A stretch of 64,000 nucleotides of DNA from Paraspadella gotoi (GCA_051294375.1 CM119266.1:644240-708239), one strand, 5' to 3'. Shown: positions 50,705 to 63,192, counted from the first letter of the stretch. Made by a program: numbers and translations. Notes: a model not told the origin generated them from the letters alone.

Positions 50705-50852
50705 GGGGCGCTCTGGACGTCGAGTACGTGGTTCGCTCAACTTGGACAAGGTCCGCCCGAATCGGACATATGCTGCTCCGGCACTGGGCTCGTGGGTGCG
50801 TTGCTCAAGCGCAACGGGTTCGTCAATGTGGATGGACTCGATTCTCTCTGCG
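50705..50852 (+). CDS. METTL27: METTL27/WBSCR27-like SAM-dependent methyltransferase, exon with motif I
   Basis: CCAG| acceptor and GCG|GTAAGA donor. Across apparent indels it reads ..LNLDKSARIxDICCSGTGLVGALLKRNGFVNVDGLD.SA, matching the ILDvgcGTGLVg..L...GF..vdglD.S signature of this family. Confidence 0.78.
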
Positions 50853-51034
50853 GTAAGACAAAGAGGTAAAGTTGCTCGCAACGATTGAAAGTTCTCTCTG
50901 CGTTATATGTTTAGTATTCTTAGTATGTATTAAATTAGTAATAAGTTTCTTATTTATGTAAAATTATGAATTGTTTAATTCGCCGGTGCCTTCTACCAGA
51001 TAAATCATTTTCTCGTATTTTTCGTTGGCATCAG

Positions 51035-51129
51035 GAAATTTTAGAGGCACGCGGACAAGCAAAGGAAAATCTACAAGAATTACTATTGTGCCAGTTCGGT
51101 AGCAATCCGCCCAGTCCCATTGCGGCCTG
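51035..51129 (+). CDS. METTL27: METTL27-like methyltransferase exon
   Basis: CATCAG|GAA acceptor and CTG|GTTAAA donor; EILE.A.KQRKIYKNYYCA.FGSNPPSPI (cf. EML..A..kg.Y.....c.lG..P.P). Confidence 0.72.
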
Positions 51130-51196
51130 GTTAAATGCAACTTTGAGATTAACGCGTAAACCAAAATATTTCAACATTTTTGTCCTTTGCGTTAAG

Positions 51197-51354
51197 GTCA
51201 GCTACGACTCGTGGTCACCGTGTCGGGCAGTTTTCGCGACGGCCTTTGGATTGCGACGCTTTGAGAGATTTGTTTGCGACTCTTAAAGGTCGCGAGGTTA
51301 CGTCTCAACGCCTATTGCGGGGAAAACCTGCGCAGGAAGTTGCCCGCATTTTAG
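51197..51354 (+). CDS. METTL27: METTL27-like methyltransferase exon (motifs II/III)
   Basis: TTAAG| acceptor and TAG|GTTAAT donor; SYD.VVTVSGSFRDG.LDCDALRDLFATLK.GGYV.NA.RENLR (cf. tYD.....G.f..GH....al.e..r..KpGG.i....Re), frameshifted as assembled. Confidence 0.72.
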
Positions 51355-51379
51355 GTTAATTGTTGTTAAGGTGTGACGT

Positions 51380-51512
51380 TAAATATAAAAATTATTCATT
51401 CATTAATAATAAGCAATCTTGCCCTGACTTTGAACAGCTTTTGGTGGTTTAAGGCCTCCATCACTCTTACACGGATAATGACATTAGCAGGTCCCTGCAG
51501 CTTTCAATCAAA
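51380..51512 (-). mobile_element. Short Penelope-like 3'-end fragment in an intron
   Basis: Near-identical to 25750-25878 (ATCTTGCCCTGACTTTG..GGTGGTTTAAGGCCTCCATCACTCTTAC..GCAGGTCCCTGCA.CTTTCAATCAA). Confidence 0.7.
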
Positions 51513-51661
51513 CAACCATGGATCTTAGTTCATTTTAAGTTTTGTTTAACTTTTCAACAAATTTTGATGCAATTTTTTGATACTATTTTTATGCCAAATT
51601 TTACGCTAAATCTGATTCTAATTTAAATCTCCCCACTTTATCTCCTCTCTCCATCTCTCAG

Positions 51662-51816
51662 GCAAAATTTTGACCCGTACTGTCGCGCCCTTTGTGAAGG
51701 CGAAGAAATGGCGTTTGGTGTGACGAACACGTCAATCCCGATCACTTCTCAATTGAACATCGCGGACTCGTTACAAGTGCTTGATCGCAAAAGCGATGGC
51801 GGAGTGTCCGTACAAG
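51662..51816 (+). CDS. METTL27: METTL27-like methyltransferase C-terminal-domain exon
   Basis: CTCTCAG| acceptor and AAG|GTAAAT donor; QNFDPYCRAL..AKKWRLV.RT.NPDHF....LVQVLDRKSDGGVSVQ (cf. ..L...g.W.lv.......g.v.v.rk), frameshifted as assembled. Confidence 0.62.
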
Positions 51817-52599
51817 GTAAATAGGAAAGAAAAAAGAAGAAAAAGCCTCGGTCGCTTGTGTCTATTTTTTTTTGTTTTCGTATTGTTTACGGTTTCAAGT
51901 TTGAGTTTTGATTATTATTGATTCTTTGTCACAATGACGGACATCAAAGGATCATTTGATGGTTCGATTAATTGAATTTATGTATGGGGAAGAAGAGTTT
52001 AGCGTTTCGATCTTAACGGCAAATTAGGCAAAAACTTTAGGCATAGTAGGCATAGTAGGCAGTGTTATAAACCGTTGTGTTAGCCTGTTTTCATACTCGG
52101 AGATTACCTGTTGCTTGTTTCGTGCTCTTGCCTGTGCGTAGCGGAATTAGAATTCTACATTAAAAAAATTTAACGTATTGCACCTATTTTTTTAAAAAGG
52201 CTTTTTAATTGATTATATTATTATTATTAGTATTAGTCGATATATTTTATTAAAAACGAATTTGTAAACGTCAATGACTCAAAACACTCTTCTTAGGACG
52301 TTAATAATATTTGTCAACCTTCCTTCCTCCCAGAGTCGGCCGATCTGAAACCACCGCTGTCGAGGGCCTGCGTCTCTCGGGACATGGATCAAAGGTTGCG
52401 AGAAGTCCGAAGGTCGAGGAGCTCACTCGCTCGATGTGGGTCGCAGATTATCTCCGGCTTCTTTTAAGAATCGGGGCAATGAGAGCAAAATCCTCGTTCG
52501 TTAGGAGAAAGGAGCGGAGAGGAATTATAGTGAGCGAGGCTCAGGCACAGGGTTTTCGATAGCATAGTTATGAAAACATTAATTAATGATATCATTACA

Positions 52600-52728
52600 A
52601 TATTTATTTATTTATTTATCTATTTATTTTATTTATTTTATTTATTATCTTATTTATTTATTTATTTATTTATTTTATTTATTTATTTATTTATTATTTT
52701 ATTTATTTATTTATTTATTTATTTATTT
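52600..52728. repeat. (TTTA)n microsatellite
   Basis: Direct reading. Confidence 0.93.
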
Positions 52729-52910
52729 CCTTAGAAGTAATTATTTCTACTTTAATTCGGAATTCTCATTAGTTTGTAAATCAATGGGTAAATTATTTAT
52801 ATGATAGACTTCGAAATCGATCGAGCGATCAGCATTCAAAAGCCCGTAATTTGGTCGATACGCCGGGCGAATCTGATAGTGACTGGCTGTTATTTTTATT
52901 TTTACTTCAG

Positions 52911-53356
52911 GCGTAACAGAGTTGACAATGATTCTCTTCATAAATTGCCAATGAAAAAGAATGATTATAGGAGGTAAGTTAATTTACAGAATGAAAGAGT
53001 AAATAGAATTTATTAGAATGATATATACTTTACTAAAAAGATGAGCACTTAAAATGAAAACTAAAAGCAAGGGATAAAGAAAGATATAGCAAAAAGAAAG
53101 AAATAAATAATCCATTTTCCCTCCCCCCCCTCATTTTCCCAGCCTTCTCGATCGCCGCCGTCGTCTCGGCCCCTTGAAACCAACGCTACTTCCGTTCGCC
53201 GGACTCCAACTCACTTGCGTCGGTTTCACGCCTTCCGGTCACGTGTGTTTTTCACCGCGCGCGTTCACGAGGACGACGCAACCGAAACGTTCGACGAGGA
53301 AGACGAAGTCGTCGGCTGCGCGGTTGGAGCAGGGTCCGATGGGAACTCCTCATTGA
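52911..53356 (+). CDS. Candidate downstream exons (52911-52973; 53143-53356), linkage uncertain
   Basis: Strong sites TTTTACTTCAG|G..GGAG|GTAAGT and TTTTCCCAG|C. The phases are compatible and give RNRVDNDSLHKLPMKKNDYRS-LLDRRRRLGPLKPTLLPF...GTPH*. Confidence 0.35.
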
Positions 53357-54914
53357 CCACGTCATAACTGGTAGGCGTTGTCGGCGACGACGAGACGACG
53401 ACGACGACGACGACGACGACGATTGCCTGAGTTCTCGAGTTCTACTTCGACGTTTCAGCGAAGAGAAGAATTGATTGAGAGATCGATGAAGCTCCAAGTT
53501 TTCGTCAAGTTTGAAAAAGTACTTCAGAATGTTAAAGGTTTAGAACCTTAAGCAACTTTGTGTTAATATTTTATTGCTACACTCGTAATTTTTGTTTGCA
53601 CTGGCAAATTTGAGTTTTATTTATTTCGATTAAAGACGTTTTTTAGATGGCTTAACTTTTTTTTCGTTTACTTATAAATCTTTTGCGGACTGTTAATTTT
53701 GCTTTTCTTCTCTCTCTTCACTCTTTCTCTCTTTCTCTCCTCTCTCCTCTCTCTCTCTCTCTCTCTTCTCTCCCTCTCTTCTCTCTCTCTCTTCTTCTCT
53801 TCTCCTCTTTCTCGTCTCTCTCCATTTTCCGCCACGGTTTGATTTAATGGCTAGCTAGGGTCCTTCTTTCGACACCGAAAAACAACGAAAAGAAACTTTA
53901 AATTTGAAAATGTTCTTTACCAATCTCCTCTCTCTCTTAAAAGGATTAAAGTGAGAAAGAGAATAAAAGGATTAAAGTGAGAAAGAGAATTAAAGGTTTA
54001 AAGTGAGAAAGAGAATAAAAGGAATAAAGTGAGAAAGAGAATAAAAGGATTAAAGCGGCGGAAAGGAAAGAGGAAGAGAAGAGACACTGCCACGCCCACT
54101 GGGCGGGTGGGGAGAAAGAAGATGAAGCGAGAAAAGGAAAAAAGAGAAAGATGAAAAGGTTGAAGGGTGAATAAAGAAATGTAAGAAAAAAAAGGGGAAG
54201 AAAAGAGAATGAAAAGGAGGACGGGAAAGAAGAAAGATAAGGAAGAAAGGTAGGAATGATCGAGAAAGAAAAGTATGAATATTAAGAGGGACTGATAGTG
54301 ATAAAGAGATAGACCGAAGCCAAAACGTCACACCCAATTTTGAGTTTTTCCAAAACCGAAGACGCTAGAAAGAAGTCATAACTCGTTTACGAAACCCGAA
54401 TTCTCTGCGACTCGATATTCCGTTTATATATCATTTTGAATAAAAATTGAGTCAAAAGAATTACATAAGAAGCAAACTTATTTGTTATATCATATCCCGA
54501 TAGTTAGTGGACTATCAAATCTGTAACTGTCTGGGTATAACATGAATTTAATGAGCAGAGTCAAAGGGATTAATGATACTTTTATTTAAGGGAACATTTG
54601 TTTTAAAAAACGAATTCCCAAAGTAAAATATCTTGAGTCTCTTCCCACTGTTTTTTTTTCTTCGGGCTCTTAATTAAAACTCTCTCCCTCTCTCTCACTC
54701 TAAAACTTATTCTCGATGAACCTTACCCCTTTTAAAAATTCCACTGAAGCGCCTCACCCTTTTATCTCGACCGGGCGAGGTCCGCGCCCGCGGGTGAGGC
54801 GCCTGACCTTACCCAGGCTGATTAATGGACCGAAANNNNNNNNNNNNNNNNNNNNNNNNNGAAAGAAGTTTTAGAGAGAAAAGACCTAAAAACACGAGAG
54901 AGAAGAGAGAGAGA

Positions 54915-57285
54915 AGTCACGAGGCGCGTCACGAGTCTGGACGAGCACATCGTCACGAGTCACGACGGAAGAACATATCCAATTTCATAATATATCTTAA
55001 TTTTAGCGGTTTGACTTTCGAATGGTTTCATCGGGAGGGATGAGGGAAAAAACTAAGGGAAAAGACGACCATCAGAGTCACGACGTCAAACGAGTCACGA
55101 GTCACGAGGTCACGTCACGAGTTCACGACGGTAAGAACATTATTCAATTTCAAATATTCTTAATTTTAGCAGTTTGACTTTCGAATGGTTCATCGGGGGG
55201 GATGGAGAGGGGTAAAAAAACTAAGGGAAAAGACGACCCATCACGAGTTCACGACGTCACGCAGTCACGGTCACGTAGTCACGTCACGCAGTCACGACGG
55301 AAGAACATATCCACCTATTCAAATTATTTCTTAATTTTAGCGTGACTTGTCGAATGGTCATCGGTAGGGATGATGGATAAAAACTTAAGAAAAGACGACC
55401 ATCACGAGTGCAACGACGTCACGAGTCACGAGTACACAGTACGATCACGAGTCACGACGGAAAGAACGATAATCCAATATTCAAATATTTTTAATTTTGC
55501 GTTTGACTTTAGATTCGAAGGTCATCGGGAGGATGAGGGAAAAACTAACGGGGAAAGACGACCATCACGAGTCACGACGGTCAGAGTCACCGAGTCACGA
55601 GTCACGTCACGCAGTTCACGTACGGAAGAAACATATCCAATTTTCAAATTAAATTTCTTAATTTTAGCGTTGACTTTCGAATGGCTTCGCAATCGAGCGG
55701 GAGAAGGGATGAGGAAAAACTGAAGAGAAGACGACCATTCACGAGTCTACGAACGTCACGGCAGTCTACGAGTTCACGAGTCACGTCACGGAGAGAGTCC
55801 GCGGAAAAGTAACATTATCCAATTCAATATTTCTTAATTTTCAGCGTTTGACAATTGTCGAATGCGTTCATCGGGGAGGATGAGCGGGAAAAAACTAAGC
55901 GGAAAGACGACCATCACCGAGTCACGACGTCACGCAGTCACGAGTCACGAGTCACGTCACGAGTCACGCGGAGAGAACATATCCAATTTTTTCAAATATT
56001 TATTCTTAATTTTTTAGCGTTTGACTTTCGAATGGTTCATCGGGAGGGATGAGGGAAAAAACTAAGGAAGACGACCATCACGAGTCACGACGTCACGAGT
56101 CACGAGTTCACGTCACGAGCACGACGGAAGAACATATCCAATTTCAAATAATTCTTAATGTTAGCGTTGTGAACTTGATCGAATGGGATTCGCTCGAGGG
56201 GGAGAGATAGAGGCGAAAAACGTGAGAAGGGAAAAGAACGAGACCAGTCAGGAGATGCACGAGCGTCACGAGATCACGAGGCATGACGATCAGACGTCAC
56301 GGAGTCACGATCGGAAGAACATATCCAATTTCAAAGATATATCTTAATTTTTTAGGTTTTGATTGAGATCGAATGGTTCATCGGAGAGGGTATGCCGGAA
56401 AAACTTAAGGAGAAAGACGACCATCACGAGTCACGAACGTCACGAGTCACGAGCACGCAGTCACGTCACTGTCACGACCGGGAAGAAGACATATCCAATT
56501 TCAAAATATATCTTAATTTAGCGTGTGTGACTTTCGAACATGGTTCTCGGGAGGATTCTGGGAAAAACTAAGGGAAAGACGACCATCACGAGTCACTCGA
56601 CTCACGAGTCACGAGTGCAACTGAAGTCACGTCACGAGCTCACGACGCGGAAAGAACATATCCGATATTCAGATATAATCTTAAATTTAGCGTTTGACTT
56701 TCGAATTGGTTCCATCGGGAGAGGGGAGAATGGCGGGAAAAACTAAAGGGAAGGACGACCATCAGCGAGTCACGACGTGCAGCGAAGAGTCACGAAGTAC
56801 GTTTCACGAGAAGTCACGACGGAAGTGAAACATATCCAATTTTCCAAGAGGTAATAATCTAATTTGGTTTGACTATCGAATGGTTTCATCTGGGAGGATG
56901 AGGGAAAAGACTAGGAGAAAGACGACCATCACGAGTCAACGACGTCACGAGTACACGGAGTCACGAGTCACGTCACGATGTCACGCGGGAAGAAACATAT
57001 CACAATTTCAAATATTTCTTTAATTTTAGCGTAATCTAGACTGTGATCGTATATGGTTCATCGGGATGGATGAGGGAAAAACTAAGGAAAACGGACGCAT
57101 CACGATCACGACGTCACGAGGTCACGCGAAGTCACGAGTCACGTCACCGAGTCGCGACGGAAGAGAACATATCCAATTTCAAATTATTTCTTAATTTAGC
57201 GTCTGACTTTCGAATGCCGGTTCATCGGGGAGGGATGAGGGAAAAACTAAGGGAGAAGACGACCATCACGAGTCGACCGACGTCA
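54915..57285. repeat. ~150-165-bp satellite (~14 copies) with an internal (CACGAGT)n sub-repeat
   Basis: GACGACCAT recurs about every 160-178 bp (e.g. 55906, 56070). The unit is a CACGAGT/CACGACGT/CACGT block plus GGAAGAACATATCCAATTTCAAATATTTCTTAATTTTAGCGTTTGACTTTCGAATGGTTCATCGGGAGGGATGAGGGAAAAACTAAGGGAAAA. One to two further units lie at 42948-43315. Confidence 0.95.
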
Positions 57286-57551
57286 AAAGAAATTTAAAGA
57301 ACAAATCAATTGGACGAGAGAAGAGAACGGACTTTGGGGGGAAAGGTTGGAAGCCAGAGAGAGGGATACGAAAGAGGAAGAGAAAAAAACGAGAAGCAAA
57401 AAAAAAAAAACAAGACAAAAAAACGAGAAGCAAGAAAGAAGCGAGCGAAGCCTCTTCGAGTCCATTAGGGCGTGCGAATCGTGTTAGGGTTGACGAAAAA
57501 AAGGGACGGCCTGGGATGTCGGGCCGTTTGCGTAACAAACCGCCGTGAAGA

Positions 57552-59392
57552 TTAAATCGGGAAACATTTCGATGCGAAGAGCAAACAGCAAAAGCCAGGT
57601 GCAAGGCAAAGAATAAAGCATGCTCCCGCATTTGATCCGCCAATTATTATGGTTAAGACATGCAGCCAGGGATTCTCAAGCTTTGCATGTCTACATTTAA
57701 TACGGTCACATATAAAATTCGTGACGAAATGGAATTCACGAGGGAATGGTCATTCAGTCATAACAATGCAGTAAATCTTTGAATGTATTAGAGAGACGTG
57801 ATACATCGAGAAATACATTATAGTATCAGTACTCACAAAAAAAAAGAAGCTTTTATTTTATATGTAAACATTCTGTTTTCAATTAGGACTTAAGCTCTGA
57901 CGAAAAAAGTCAAAGGTTTTTTTTAAATATATTTTCTTTGATTCCCGGTCAATGTAGAATGATGGCCAATATTGCCTATCTTTAAGTTTCAAAAAAAAAT
58001 CCGGACCATAAATTACTAGAAATATTAACCAAAAATCTTCGGAATATCCACCCCCTTCTTGGAGATTTTCGCGCGCCATATAAGGATTTTTTTCGTCTGG
58101 ACTGCCCGGTTGAAGACTCTTAGAATTCCGATCGCTGAGCATCCTCTTTACTTTTACTTAAATAAAAATTTCCAGCAAAATGGGGACTAATTCACCTGTT
58201 AACATTATCGTGTATCATTGATAATAAAAATACCAAATAGAAACTCGCTAAAAGAAAAATCTTTGAGAGCCCTTCAAGACATTTAATTTTTATGCGCTTA
58301 AGTTCGGGGGGGATTTTTTTTACCTCTTTGAATTCAAAGTTTATTGTAAATATTGATACAACATCCATTAAAGCGTTGACATTGTTTATTGAAGTCGAGC
58401 AAGATCCCTTTATTTTATATATAAAAATTGCCGTCAAAAATATTTTCCGCCGAGCGGGACAAGTCGATTGACATTGGAATGCGTTCTCGAGTGTCAAAAT
58501 GATGGTTATTTGTCAAAGAGAAAAAAAATTTCGGCGAGCCCTCAGATCCATACAGGATCAGGAATCGAGTGTTATTTACATCTATTTTTTACCCGAATTT
58601 TTCCTCAGGGGCTATTGACATTATTTGTATGGTCAGATTTTAATGAAAATCTCCATTGAAAAAGTCTTCCTCGATTCTCGTTAGAACGACGTAGGACTCT
58701 ATTCAATCATTTTTTTAAATCGGTAAATAACAAAATTGTAAGGTTAAATGGGTAAGCCACATTTTTTAAAGATTAGTTTTTTCAATCTTGATTGTTAAAA
58801 AATTCTAGGTAAGAGTTAAAAACACGGTAAGGGATTAATTTAGAAGGGGAGAATTAATAACAATTAATCTTGTTACTCTGTCCGTCCAGTTCATGAGCAA
58901 AATCTTAAGTTTAATAGATGGGTAAAGAAATGTATGAGCTACAAGTGAATCTATTTACTGAAATTTTGAAGGAGTTGCAGCCTAAAACTACTCGCAATAC
59001 ATATTGATTTATAAATTTAGATTGCAATCTTAAAACATCTTGTAAAATGAATAGAGAGACATTTTGATAACGCGTTCCAGTTATGAAGAATTCAGGGTTA
59101 AGTTTAAGAAATGTTCATTTTCTCAATGAATACAAGTTGAGAATTTAAAATGTCTCTCTATACATTTTTCGATAGTTCACTAGATAAAAAATTCATAAAA
59201 AAATATCAGATAGGAGTGTGGCTTTTCGTTTGACCTGCAACTTCTTCAGATAGCGGTTTCTTTTATTTTTATTATATTAGAAACCGATGTAATAAAATGA
59301 CTTCGTAGAATGCCGATCAATGTTTTAAAGTAGATACATTTTCGGACATCTGGCAAGCTTCAGCCTTCTGAATTTCGTACTTCCATTTTGGC
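57552..59392 (-). CDS. Candidate multi-exon gene: divergent cadherin-like single-pass membrane protein
   Basis: Minus-strand exons with 52-54-nt phase-compatible introns: 59392-59235 (PKWKYEIQ....YF.IDRHS); ~58247-58196; 58143-58030; 57975-57837 (WQYWPSFYIDRESKKIYLKKTFDF, cf. F.ID..tG.I.l.k.lD.e; GTGAGT donor); then ..ILYVTVLNVD..LENPWLHVLTIIIGGSNAGACFILCLAPGFCCLLF..PI* (stop 57552-57554). There are several apparent indels. Confidence 0.45.
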
Positions 59393-59494
59393 CTATTTTG
59401 AAGTTGAATTGAATGCACCCTTTTTCTTAAAAGCAAAACTCGAAAAATATAATACGAAGCAAATATGGGCATAACGATTAAAAGAAACGACAAA

Positions 59495-59822
59495 AAACTC
59501 GTTCAACTTTTCTCGTTTCAGGTCTGTCTTTCTCGTCGTGAGCGAGACGAAGCGTTAACAAACAAAAAGTCAAAAAGTTTATGAGAGAGAATGAGTCCTA
59601 AAGTGGATCGACCGGAAGTGACTTCGGGTTTAGGCGTTTCGAGGAGCATGGTCAAAATGAATGTAAGAGGGGAGGGGGGAAGGGGGAAAAGGATTTCGTG
59701 ACGCCGTTTTTAGAGGGAAAGACAAAAAAGAAGGGAATTGGAAAGTCAAGAGTATACTTTGATTTCTGCGGGGAAAAATCTTTTATCGCGGATTTTTTGA
59801 TTCTCGTTTTCCTTTCCGCTAC
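59495..59822. promoter_or_regulatory. Promoter-like CpG-enriched region upstream of the minus-strand candidate gene
   Basis: ACCGGAAGTG (ETS consensus) at 59611-59620 and CpG enrichment immediately 5' of exon 59392 on the minus strand. Confidence 0.4.
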
Positions 59823-62179
59823 AGATTCATTTCTCAAAAAAAGTCTTCTCCATTCAATGAAAAAACAATATTAAATATTATAGAAATGGCTTAATTTTTT
59901 TTTTTTGGAAATTTAAATTTTTAAAAAGTATTCTGATAAAAGTTCAGTATTACAAATTTTTAAAAAATTTAATTATAAATGGGTTTGAATTTAAAAACTT
60001 AACAATCATCGATCATTGGTGTGAATTTGGATAGTTTTGTTTTTTGTTTTTATTTATATGAAAGAATCTACCATAAATATTTTTTTAACATTATATAGGT
60101 ATTTTGATAATACAAATAGCATCCATGTGTTTAACCTGATGATATAATCTAAAGTGTGTTTTTTGTGCTCCCTTTTATCCATGGGATCTTTAATAAGACA
60201 TGATTAACAACTATTTATTACCTGGACTTCTGTTAGTTTGTAACCTGTTCGCGATAGGTCTTAGTGGAGCATTTACATTATAGCTATGGAAAGAAAGAAA
60301 TAAAATGTATGAGAAGCTAAAATAAATTAGTTAATTAATTTAATTAATTATTTATCTTTGATCAGGTTTAGGAACTTACCTCTTTATGTTCTGTGCGGCA
60401 GATCGGCATTGTTTCCAAATTTGTTTTTTGCTTTTTTCCTTTTTCTTGTGATTATTTGCCTTTCTTTTCTCTACTTCCTTGACTTTTCGCTTTCTAAGAT
60501 TCTTTTTCTTCCTTCCTCTCTCTCTCTCCCTATCTCCTTTATTTCTTTCTCAGATTATTTGTTCCTTTTCCTTGTCTCTCGTCCATACCCTTTCTCCTTT
60601 TTCCTTCTCCGTATTCTTTTGCACTTTCCTTTCATTACACCTCGCCTTTCACCTCTTTGGCGATTCTCTTCGATATACATTTTCTTACCTTTTTCTTCCT
60701 GTCCTCCTTTCTCACCTTTTTTTCCTTTCTCAGATTCTTATTTCCTTTCTTGCATATAACCTCGAGGCCTCTTCTCACCTTTGTGTGTTCATTTCTCCGA
60801 ATCTATTTTCTTTCCTTTTTATTCTTCACCTTTTTTTCATTCTCTGTATTGCTTTTCCTTTCCTTTCATTCGATACCTCGCCTTTACACTTTTTTTCCTT
60901 CTCAATTCTGTTCCTTTACCTTTCCTTTTTCAATCCTCTCGTCCATTTCAACTCTTTTCGTGCCTTTCCCTACAGATTAACTTTATCACTATATTTACAT
61001 CTCTTTTGCTTTCTCCCCTATCTTCTTTTTTTCTCTTATCCTCAATCCTATGTTAAAAGCCGCGTAAATCGAGTGTTCGATAATACTCGTCGCGCAAATC
61101 GAATCTCTGTTCCTCCAATTCGATTAATCCCTTATTTTTTATCTCTAATACAAATAAGATAATTTCCTACTGTTTTAATTACCTGTTTTAAATTCAAAAT
61201 ATAATTTGAGTGTATTATTCATAAGCGGCGATTCAAAATTGTAAACGATGATATTATAATGTGATATTATGTTTAGTGTGTAACTTCGCAGAACGCTTTA
61301 CATAAATTTATTTATATGATAATGAAAGTTAATTGGGTGAGATAATAATTTTTTCATCATGTTTTTGATATAATTAAATTATTCACTCATTAATCATTAT
61401 TCTCATTTTATTTATTAAACATTTTTTTATCTAAATCGACGTTACTACCGATTGATAAAGATTATTTTTTTTTATTAATAGTATATCTGTAGGTGTTGTA
61501 TAAATACCTCAATTATAAAAGTTTGCCTTCAATTTTTCTAGTCTTAAAGAAGGGTCTACATTGTCTCAGGTAATCCATTATATTAAATGAATGAAAAGAG
61601 CTAAAATCTCGACTGACAGATTTATAAACAGAGGACCTGAAAAGAGACTAAATAGTCTACTTTCCACCTTCGTTCTCTCTTGAAACTTACCAAGAAAAGA
61701 AAATCTTAGTTGATCTTTCCCTAAATGATTTCAGTGATCACTCCATTTGTGTTTATAGTTTATGCGTGTTTAGATAGGTGAATCCATTCTAAGCACTAAA
61801 TTACACATTTTTAGTTTTTGTAGTGCAAAGCTGAAATTGTTGGAATTAGATCTCATTTAAAAAAGTTTTGCAGACTGATAATTAATCATTTTTATATCCG
61901 CTTTAAAAAGTTATTCTTATAGAAGCAAAACTGTTAACCCGTGCTCGAACGCAGTACAGGGCGTATGGAGAGAATACGCATATACAAAAGACTTACCCAC
62001 CTCTGGTTCGGTGGTCTCCATACCCTCAATAACATCTCTCTCTCCTCTACCCTGCTCATCTCCCTTTTGTTATAACCTAGTACTCATATTACCTTAAAAA
62101 ATAATACACTATCTTTCTTTCACCTACTTACCTACTTTTTTTCCATGACTTAGAAGAAGCCATACCTATGGGGAAGGAA

Positions 62180-63192
62180 CATTATACTCCGCAAAGCCTT
62201 TGTTTGAAAAAGTAACAAACGCCATTGGTGGACATTACCCCATGACGTGCCTACAACATGGTCGTGGAGTTCCGAACCCCCACACTTTGCAATACTGGTA
62301 ATGGATATGTTATCTCATCTCTATCAGGTAAGGCTCGAACTCTGCTCTAAGTAAGTATGTAATGGTAATAGAGAAACTAGTGATAAACCACAAGGGAAGC
62401 CAGCAAGAGCGATACCAAACGAAAGGGGGAGAGGGAAGAGGAGAAGTTTGTAGACCCTGAGACCTAGGATGAGTTGTTGTCATGCCGATTCTCCAAGACC
62501 CTGATCCGTGTCTCGGGGTTGAGGTGGAAGGGGACGACGAGAGGAGGAGGAGGCGGAGCTTGGAGGTATGGAAGAGAAGACCCGGGGGAGAGGAAGGTTA
62601 TAATAAGGTATCAGAGGCAGCCATAATAACATTTGCAGGGTGATGCTATGTTATTGATCTAGAGTGGATGGCGAGGCCCTTTAAACCACCAAAGATCCTG
62701 TCAATACAGTCCCATAAGTCCTGTCCAAAATTCACTGTGGCACTCTGTGGGCAAGATAGCTATTTACTTAATTCTATATATCGTACTATATCCTTGACGG
62801 ACATAGGCAGTGCCTCTCCATCCATCCGCCTACCGATCTCTCGATATTCTCGACTCGGTGCGCCCTAGTTCTATCGATGCGTGAGTTTGAGCCTGCGTTA
62901 TGCTTCACTACTCAGATCATCCACTCAGTCCTACATGATCCCGCTCCTGAATTCTCTAGAGTTTCAGTTAGGCTCCACGACGAACAGGACATCATCACTC
63001 ACCGTGACAACAACAACAGTGGACATATCCATCTACCAGCGTATGAAGCGAGGATCTCTAGCAACAGACCACAGGAAAAAATCAAACAACGCTTGGTCCC
63101 ACATGATAGTACGTAGATAAGGGCAAGATAGGCTTATTTATTAAATGAATAGAATCTGTGATAATTTTGTATTGGTGTGTACAATTTCATAA
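62180..63192 (+). mobile_element. Degenerate Penelope-like element: GIY-YIG remnant with two copies of the family 3' tail
   Basis: ~62285-62380 reads (frameshifted) CNTGN..YVIS...CSK.YV..ET, like the PLE C.s.NvIY.i.C..C...YvGeT motif. The tail GGCCCTTTAAACCACCAAAG..GGGCAAGATAGC lies at ~62675-62765, and GGGCAAGATAGGCTTATTTATTAAATGAAT..GATAATTTTGTATTGG at 63121-63192. Confidence 0.55.

Noticed and set aside
54915-57285. Repeat-spacer appearance suggestive of a CRISPR array
   Set aside because: The inter-repeat segments are themselves homologous copies, not unique spacers; there are no cas genes and the context is eukaryotic.
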